NCBI GenBank assembly: GCA_963735595.1 | Contig: CAVTLK010000002.1 | Span: 480,001-544,000 of the forward strand | Length of the DNA: 64,000 nucleotides | Reading direction: 5' to 3' | Source: an uncultured delta proteobacterium | GTDB lineage: Bacteria > Desulfobacterota > Zymogenia > Zymogenales > Zymogenaceae | Shown here: positions 54,574 through 64,000 of the stretch, in pieces | Position numbering within the stretch: the first letter of the stretch is position 1 | Layout: every line of letters begins with the position of its first letter | Notes under the pieces: generated by a model | Database searches by the model: none | Told to the model about the DNA's origin: nothing | Seen by the model: only the letters and a program-made list of their open reading frames with translations | Program-made: the position numbers and the translations under genes

Positions 54574-55550
54574 ATGATCGATCTTTCGGCGATCAAGGGA
54601 CAAAAACAGGCGGTCGGGATACTGACGGGTTTCCTCGAATCGGGACGGGTGCCCCATGCGCTGCTCTTCTCCGGCCCGGAGGGGGTCGGAAAGCGGTTCG
54701 CCGCCGGTCTCTTTCGCCCGGGCGGTATTCTGCCGATCAGAAGGGACGGTCCCCTGCTTTTCGTGCGATGCCTGCGGCAAGATAGAACGGGGTGCCTTCC
54801 CCGATCTGATCCAGCGTCGGGATCGCGGAAGACAAGACCCGCATCCTGATCGAGCAGATACAGGAAATCGAGCGAATCGTGGCCTATCACCCGTTTTCCG
54901 GCGACTCGCCGCGTTATCATCATCGATCCGGCCGACCTGATGACCGAGGATGCGTCGGCGGCGATCCTCAAGACCCTGGAAGAGCCGCCCGCCGGGACAC
55001 ACTTCATCCTGGTGACCGGACCGGGCTTTCAGCCTTCCCCCCACGATCCTCTCGCGCTGCCAGAAGGTGAGGTTTTCGCCGCTGGCCCGTTCGGTGATCG
55101 CCGAGATCCTGGGCGGCGGCGACGAGGCCCAGGAGGCGGCGGAAATGGCCCGCGGGAGCCTGTCGCGGGCGCGGTCGATGATATCGGGGGGGCTCGTCTC
55201 GGCACAGGAACAGATGATCGGGACGCTCTCGGAGATGGGAGCTCAACGACCCGATGGGTATTCAGAGACTGTCCGAATCGGTCACAAAATATAAGGTTGA
55301 TATTTTTGACATAATCGATATACTGAAGTGTTGGTATCGGGACCTGATGATAAGCCGGGAAACTCACCGGAAGGGAGATCTCGTCTATCATCGGCTCGTA
55401 AAGGATTTCGGCGGCCTGTGGGCGCAAACGAGCGTCCGGTCTCTCATAGAAAGCATGGAGGCCGCCCAGCAGATCGAGCGAATCCTGACCTCCCGGATGC
55501 ACCTTAACATGCGCATTGCGACTGGAAGCGCTCTTTATCAGACTTGTTGA
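54574..55550 (+). CDS. holB: DNA polymerase III delta' subunit, frameshifted
   Basis: IKGQ, PHALLFSGPEGVGK, PCFSCDAC, AILKTLEEPP, SRCQ, WYRDL. Confidence 0.85.
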
Positions 55551-55565
55551 GTTGAAATATAACCA

Positions 55566-58475
<2,910 letters not shown>

Positions 58476-58476
58476 T

Positions 58477-59252
58477 ATGCTGATCGATTCCCATGCGCAT
58501 CTGGATCTTTTCAAGGGCGACCGCAACGAGGTCATCGCCCGGGCCTTTGCGCGCGGGGCTTTCGGCTATCGTCACGGTCGGCATCGACCTCAATTCCTCC
58601 AGGAAGACCCTCGAGATCGCCCGCTCCCACAAAGACATCTACGCCGTTCTCGGCGTGCACCCGCACGACGCCAAGATGGTCACGAAAAATACGCATCGAC
58701 GAGATCGGGCGGCTTGCCTCAGACCCCAAGGTCGTGGCCATCGGCGAGACGGGGCTCGACTATTACCGCAGGCTCTCGCCCGAGGACGTCCAGGTTCGGG
58801 TCTTCCGGCAGTTCCTTGATCTTGCCGCGGACCTGAAGCTTCCCATCGTCATCCACGACCGGGACGCCCACGACCAGGTGCTGCGAATTCTGGCCGAACA
58901 GCACGAAAAGGGCGGCTTTACGGCGTCCGCGGGCCCCGGCGTGATCCACTGCATCTCGGGCGACTGGGCCTACGCGAAGACCTGCCTCGACATGGGGTTT
59001 TATATCTCCGTGCCGGGGGTGGTGACGTTTCCGAAGGCACGGGACGCTCCACGACGTCGTCAGGAGACTCCCCGCCGACCGAATCCTCGTCGAGACCGAC
59101 TGCCCCTTTCTGACCCCGGAACCGTTCCGCGGCAAACGCAACGAGCCGGCCTATGTCAAGTACACCGCCGACGCCTGCGCGCGGCTGCGGGGGGAGGACG
59201 CACAAGCGTTTATGGATCGCGGCCGAGAATACGATGCGGGTGTTCGGGATAG
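58477..59252 (+). CDS. tatD: TatD family hydrolase, frameshifted (end approximate)
   Basis: LIDSHAHL, GVHPHDA, AIGETGLDYY, IHDRDAH, VIHC, ETDCPFL. Confidence 0.88.
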
Positions 59253-59366
59253 GGCGGTAATGCGGGGATTGTCAGCGTTGAATGGCGGCTCACGGATAAC
59301 CCTTATTTCTCTATGGCACCGTTGATTTGTCAGGCAGTGATCTGTAGTTGGTGAGAACCCTTTTCC

Positions 59367-60113
59367 TGGGTGCCACTGGCAAGCGAAGCTTGCCAGTGAG
59401 TAGTCGTTAGAGCTTAATAGAAACTTTCGACGTACCTCCTTGTATTTTATGGACAGGAGAACGAATCCGTCGTCATGGAGTATATTCGAAGAAAGAAAGT
59501 AAAGCATCATAATGAGGCTCATCAGGCCCACGAACTCACCTTCTCATGCCACAAGAGACTTCCCCTCTTATCAGAGAGAAGAGCGTGCATATGGTTTATT
59601 GAAGCCCTATGCTCCGCTCGTCAGAAGACCGACTATTCCATCCTTGCCTTCGTAATAATGCCAAATCATGTGCACGTGATTGTTAATCCTAATGGACCGA
59701 AATGCGAAATATCACTGTTTTTAAAGTCGGTCAAGCAATCGGTTTCTCGCAAAGCGGCCCGATGGCTTGAGGAAAATGATCCGGTGCAATATAGGAGATT
59801 GCTTGTCGGACAAGTTAGGGGAAAGCGCGTCTTCAGGTTCTGGATGGCCGGGGGAGGGTACGACAGAAATATTACGGATCATAATACCCTAATGAGAATG
59901 ATAGAGTATATACACGGAAACCCCGCGAGAAAAGGCCTCGTGGAGAATCCGATCGACTGGGAATGGTCCAGCATCTTACGCTGCCGTAGCGGCTCATCTT
60001 CGATCCTGGAAACTGATCCAATACCCTGGTAAGCCGCTTTCAGTATTAAGCCAATAACAAAATGGATTGTATATAGTAAGACACGGACAACCTGCGGTTG
60101 TCCGTGGCACCCA
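59367..60113 (+). mobile_element. RAYT locus: HUH Y1 transposase between inverted 32-nt REPs
   Basis: Left TGGGTGCCACTGGCAAGCGAAGCTTGCCAGTG (59367-59398); right reverse complement TGGGTGCCACGGACAACCGCAGGTTGTCCGTG (60082-60113). Confidence 0.8.
59475..60032 (+). CDS. REP-associated tyrosine transposase (RAYT, Y1_Tnp/IS200 superfamily)
   Basis: HELTFSC, VIMPNHVHVIV (HUH), FW...YDRNI, YIHGNPARKGLVENPIDWEWSS. Confidence 0.88.
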   Translation: MEYIRRKKVKHHNEAHQAHELTFSCHKRLPLLSERRACIWFIEALCSARQKTDYSILAFVIMPNHVHVIVNPNGPKCEISLFLKSVKQSVSRKAARWLEENDPVQYRRLLVGQVRGKRVFRFWMAGGGYDRNITDHNTLMRMIEYIHGNPARKGLVENPIDWEWSSILRCRSGSSSILETDPIPW

Positions 60114-60150
60114 TCGAGCATTCATATTTCACCCCCATGTCATCACGGAT

Positions 60151-60181
60151 AAAAAAGCGACCAAACGGGTCGCCTTTTTTT
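60151..60181. terminator. Bidirectional Rho-independent terminator
   Basis: AAAAAAGCGACC-AAACG-GGTCGCCTTTTTT. Confidence 0.7.
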
Positions 60182-60314
60182 ACGGTATGGCATTGATTGA
60201 TACGTTCATTGCGCTGATGAAAAACCGGGTAATTGTGCGGCGCGGATAAGTGCTCTATACTATGTATCAGAGTAACAGAACGTGAAATAGGGTCGGTTAA
60301 GAAAGGAGGTAACA

Positions 60315-60713
60315 ATGGCGCGGGAACTAATCGCTGATACCGAATTCTATAAGCTCGAAGTCGATAGCGCAGAGAACAGGTCTTTTTCCATCTATCGGGG
60401 ATTTTGGCCGGATACCGAGGAATTCAAGAAAAACTATCTCGCCAATATGCAGAAGTTGGTTTCGAGGCTTCGCCCCGGGTTTACCACCGTCGTGGATATC
60501 CGGGAGCTTAAAATTCCGGCCCAGGGCGTGATGGAAACGATCATCAAGGTCCAGGAGATGATCAAGAACGCCGGCGTCAAGCGGTCGGCCCGTATCAGCG
60601 ACCAGGCGATACAGACGATCGCCGCCGACAGGGTCGGGAGGGAAAACGAGATGAAGGAGACAACGCGGACCTTCAACTCGCTCCCGGAAGCCCTGGCGTG
60701 GCTCAATACGTAA
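60315..60713 (+). CDS. Hypothetical protein, STAS/SpoIIAA-like
   Basis: Strong AGGAGG RBS; RGFW, VVDIREL, FNSLPEALAWL. Confidence 0.6.
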   Translation: MARELIADTEFYKLEVDSAENRSFSIYRGFWPDTEEFKKNYLANMQKLVSRLRPGFTTVVDIRELKIPAQGVMETIIKVQEMIKNAGVKRSARISDQAIQTIAADRVGRENEMKETTRTFNSLPEALAWLNT

Positions 60714-60970
60714 AACGCCCACGCACTACGTAAAAACGGTTAATAAGGGGACCCGGTACGTAACCAAGAGAATCTCAGCCTGGTCACACGCCGGTGGTTG
60801 GGTATTGCGTCCCCTTAACCCCCTGGTTCTACCTTCCGCTCGCTAAAAAGTAAGCGCCGCTCACTTTTCGTCTTGACTCACCGTGTACCCCTGGTATACA
60901 GTATACACCGCGCCATGAGTACACATCCAGTCTCCGCTTCATCTTCCACCTCTTCCACAGGAGTGATCCC

Positions 60971-61543
60971 ATGTCCGAAAAAACCGTATCCAATCTCGTC
61001 ATTCGAATGGTGCTCGACTCTACCGAAGATATCCTTGGGACTAACGGCCTCAAGGCCATGCTCAACTACGGCGGCCTCATACGCCTTTTCGAGGATAAGC
61101 CGGACTATTCGTTCGACAAGAACTATACCGACCAGGAATACGGCCAATTGACCGCCAGCTGGTATAAGGTCCTGGGAGACTCCGGGGGCAAGGCGGTCTT
61201 TCGGATGATCGGAAAATCATCGGGGAAGCGTTCTATCGGGACCGGCATCTTCGACTCCCTCAAGGACCTTCCGGCACCGGAGAAACTCTTCAAGATGGTG
61301 GAGCTGTTTTCGCTGGCAACGGGCAGGGGCAAGGCGTCAAATGAGGGGGACGTGGTCGTCTACGACAACCCCGGCTGCACGGCGTGCGTCAACTTCACGT
61401 CGGATACGGCGGTCTGCACGGCGCTCAACGGCGCGTTTGATGAATACGCCGCTTGGGCGAACGTTACGGGAGTCAGGACCGTGGAGACTAAGTGCAAGGC
61501 CAAGGGAGACGACACCTGCCGATACGAGGTGCTGCCGGGCTGA
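60971..61543 (+). CDS. Standalone V4R-domain protein (paralogue 3)
   Basis: MSEKTVSNLVIR...PDYSFDK...GCTAC...VCTA...ETKCKAKGDDTCRYE. Confidence 0.78.
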   Translation: MSEKTVSNLVIRMVLDSTEDILGTNGLKAMLNYGGLIRLFEDKPDYSFDKNYTDQEYGQLTASWYKVLGDSGGKAVFRMIGKSSGKRSIGTGIFDSLKDLPAPEKLFKMVELFSLATGRGKASNEGDVVVYDNPGCTACVNFTSDTAVCTALNGAFDEYAAWANVTGVRTVETKCKAKGDDTCRYEVLPG

Positions 61544-61597
61544 GATTGGAAAGGAGTAGTGCGGCGGCTTACGGGAGAAAATACGTTTGAGAAGCTT

Positions 61598-61621
61598 GTA
61601 GGGGCGGTTCGCGAACCGCCC
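61598..61621 (+). repeat. GTAG-type REP
   Basis: GTAG + GGGCGGTTCGCGAACCGCCC palindrome between convergent genes. Confidence 0.75.
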
Positions 61622-61629
61622 GTTCTCTC

Positions 61630-62181
61630 CTAATTCTGCCCTTTCTTGAGCATCGCATTCATTTCATCGCAGGCATAACTGTATCCCAGCTCGCACGCGC
61701 GGCGAAAATCGGCGACCGCCCCCTCGGTATTGCCCATCTCCCGGTAAGCCAGTCCCCTGCAAAAGAGGCAAACCACGTTGTCCGGGTCAATCGTCAGCGC
61801 CGAGGTATAATCGGCCGCGGCGTTATCATAATTATTGGCCTGCTCGTACACGCGCCCACGGACGTAATAAGCCCCGGCGTCGGTGGGATCAATCGCCAGG
61901 GCGCGATTTAGGTCCTGGTACGCATCCTCAAATCTTCCCACGACGAGAAGGGTCGATCCCCGGGCGAAGAGGGCTTTTTCGTTGTTCGGATCCAGATCGA
62001 TCGCGCGGTCGAAGCAGGCTATTGCCTCTTCGTAGCGCGTCGTATCGACTAATTTCAGGCCCTTTTCGTACCATGACGCCGACGAGTCGGCCGGCCCTTC
62101 GGCGAAGGCCGGCAGGTGTACCGCCCAAAGGGCGATCACACCGAGGGCGACCACAATCACTCCCCCCGACACGATTCCCAT
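61630..62181 (-). CDS. Tetratricopeptide repeat protein with N-terminal signal/TM
   Basis: EEAIACFDRAIDLDP, AYYVRG, ADYTSALTIDP, ADFRRACELG. Confidence 0.85.
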   Translation of the reverse strand: MGIVSGGVIVVALGVIALWAVHLPAFAEGPADSSASWYEKGLKLVDTTRYEEAIACFDRAIDLDPNNEKALFARGSTLLVVGRFEDAYQDLNRALAIDPTDAGAYYVRGRVYEQANNYDNAAADYTSALTIDPDNVVCLFCRGLAYREMGNTEGAVADFRRACELGYSYACDEMNAMLKKGQN

Positions 62182-62215
62182 CCTTGTCGCCCTGGATTCC
62201 GCGAGTCCCGGGATT

Positions 62216-62800
62216 TCACGGTAAGCCCTCCTCCTTTCTCACGAAGCAGTCCACCAGGTGGTCGTTGACCAGCCCCGTGGCCTGCAGGTGGGCATAGATG
62301 ATCGTCGGGCCGACAAACGTGTACCCGAGCTTCTTGAGGGCCTTGCTTGCGACGGCGGCCTCATCGGTGAAGGCCGGGATCTCCGAGAGATGCCGATAAT
62401 CGTGGATGATCGGTTTACCGCCGATGAGACCGAGCAGCAGGCCGGAAAAGGTCTCATTCTCGTTGTGCAGCGCCACGAAACGGGACGCATTATTGACGAC
62501 CGATTTCACCTTCGCCCGGTTCCTGATACCGCCCGCGTCCTGGAGGATCGCGGCGATCGTCTTCTCGTCGAAGGCGGCCACCGCATCGCAGTTGAACCCG
62601 GCAAAGAGCCGCCGGAGGTTTATGCGCTTCTTGAGGACCGTCTCCCAGCTCAGCCCCGCCTGGAATCCCTCGAGGCACAGGTGCTCGAAGTGCGCCCGGT
62701 CGTCCAGCGTGAGCCTCCCCCATTCGGTGTCGTGGTATTCAATCATGAGCGGACTTCCCGCCCAGGGACAGCGGTTACGCATACTTTTTTCCTCTTTCAC
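62216..62800 (-). CDS. tag: DNA-3-methyladenine glycosylase I
   Basis: RCPWA, YHDTEWG, LEGFQAGLSW, IRNRAK, FVGPTI, GLVNDHLVDC. Confidence 0.93.
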   Translation of the reverse strand: MKEEKSMRNRCPWAGSPLMIEYHDTEWGRLTLDDRAHFEHLCLEGFQAGLSWETVLKKRINLRRLFAGFNCDAVAAFDEKTIAAILQDAGGIRNRAKVKSVVNNASRFVALHNENETFSGLLLGLIGGKPIIHDYRHLSEIPAFTDEAAVASKALKKLGYTFVGPTIIYAHLQATGLVNDHLVDCFVRKEEGLP

Positions 62801-62928
62801 TATAGGTATTTTACTATATAATTGTAGCGGCGATCAATGGTGAACTTGACGGGGCCGCGCTTTTCGTGCGCGACCACGGGCGTTGTGACGCTTCCGATAA
62901 ACCGCCGGCCTGACGGGAGGAAAGTTCG

Positions 62929-63540
62929 ATGCCTGTTTGGGGAAACCGTTCCATGAACATGCTGCTGTTTGTCGTGGCGGCGGTCGCCGCCGGGGTGATC
63001 CAGGGCCTTCTCTTCCCGCCAGGGACGTGGGCTTTCAGGGGCGAGGGCTACTGGACGGCGTTTTTCTTAAACTGGGACCTGAACCTACTGCTGACGCTGG
63101 TCCTCTTTCTCCTCATCGTGCACCGGCAACCGAAGGCAGCGCCGAAGGGATTGATGCTCAGAACGGTGATCAGGTGGCTCGCGGCCGTCAGCACGGTCCT
63201 GCTGGGCGGGGCGCTGCTCCTGTTCCTGGAATCCAAGGTGACGGCGGGGCTTGTCGTTCTCTGGTGGGTCCTGTTGTGGTTTTACCTGTATACCGTCCTC
63301 GAACAGCTGAAGCGGCTCGTCAAGGCGTTCGAGCGGGCGGAGCTTTTTAAAATACTTTCACTGTCTCTTACACTGGTATTTAACTGGGTCGCCTTTTCGA
63401 TCGCGTTCGGGGTGCGCGGCGGGTCGATAGACGGCTACTTACTGGTGTTCATCGTCGAGTTGGCGGTCGCGTTCGTCGTGGTCGGTGGCGACAGCGTTTT
63501 TCTTTGGGCACGACACGCCGCAGGCGACGCTGAGGGTTGA
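62929..63540 (+). CDS. Hypothetical integral membrane protein
   Basis: About six hydrophobic segments; GGAGG upstream. Confidence 0.6.
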   Translation: MPVWGNRSMNMLLFVVAAVAAGVIQGLLFPPGTWAFRGEGYWTAFFLNWDLNLLLTLVLFLLIVHRQPKAAPKGLMLRTVIRWLAAVSTVLLGGALLLFLESKVTAGLVVLWWVLLWFYLYTVLEQLKRLVKAFERAELFKILSLSLTLVFNWVAFSIAFGVRGGSIDGYLLVFIVELAVAFVVVGGDSVFLWARHAAGDAEG

Positions 63541-63610
63541 ACCAGGGACGGCCGCGATCCTCCGAGATGCCGGACGGCGAGGCGCCGGCCCTGCTGCCGC
63601 GCGGGCGGGA

Positions 63611-64000
63611 TTACGCCGTCTTTTCCTTCTCCCAAGCCTCCCGCGCCAGAAGCGCCGCGCCCAGGGCGCCGGCCAGCTGGGAAAGCTCGCTGGTGAGGAT
63701 CGTGTGGCCCAGGTTCTTTTCGAGGGCGTGGACCACCCCGACGTTCTTCGAGACGCCGCCGGTCAGCACCACGTCGTCTGCAATGGGGACGCGCCGGGCC
63801 ATGGAGGCCACGCGGCTGGTGATGGCGTCGTGGATGCCGGCGATGATGTCCTGTTTGGGAAGCCCCCCCGCGATGTGGGAGATCACCTCGGACTCGGCAA
63901 AGACCGTGCACATGCTCGATATCTTTGCGGGGTCGTGAGAGGTGGTCGAGAGTCTTGCCGAAGTCGTCCAGGTCTACCTCCAGCGCGTGGGCCATGACCT
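63611..64000 (-). CDS. Acyl-CoA dehydratase activase (HgdC/BadF family), C-terminal part, frameshifted
   Basis: MAHALEVDL, ISSMCTVFAESEVIS, TGGVSKN, QLAGALGAAL. Confidence 0.85.

Noticed and set aside
60105..60120. Sigma-54-like TGGCACC-CATC-GAGCA
   Set aside because: It is the end of the REP unit and is followed by a terminator; probably coincidental.
60790..60840. c-di-GMP-I or TPP riboswitch (minus-strand GGGACGCAA, nearby CTGAGA)
   Set aside because: The other conserved elements are missing and the orientation is opposite to the flanking genes.

Overview
GC-rich bacterial window; gene content suggests an anaerobic deltaproteobacterium/Desulfobacterota (inference). It carries many single-base frameshifts, even in essential genes such as metG and holB, best explained as long-read consensus errors. 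Layout: (1) 1-28.3 kb, a large Wzx/Wzy-type surface polysaccharide locus. Its export arm (ExeA-like ATPase, HD-GYP, wza, wzc, O-antigen ligase/polymerase-like gene) sits behind a sigma-54 promoter and a neighbouring REC-PAS-PAS enhancer-binding protein, and it has many sugar-tailoring enzymes. (2) 28.4-41.6 kb, hypE, a maturation protease and a hoxFUYH group 3d [NiFe]-hydrogenase, with a five-gene signalling cluster. The hox operon and the signalling cluster share almost identical sigma-54 promoter architecture. (3) 41.8-46.9 kb, an accessory zone with tandem standalone V4R genes, AT-rich orphan genes and dense palindromic repeats. (4) 46.9-59.3 kb, nrdJ, tolQRAB-pal, holB, PSP1/ricT, metG and tatD. 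(5) 59.4-64 kb, a RAYT-type HUH transposase flanked by its own 32-nt inverted REPs (covarying copies recur 10 kb away), a third V4R gene, a TPR protein, tag and a partial acyl-CoA dehydratase activase. No rRNA, tRNA or CRISPR array was found.
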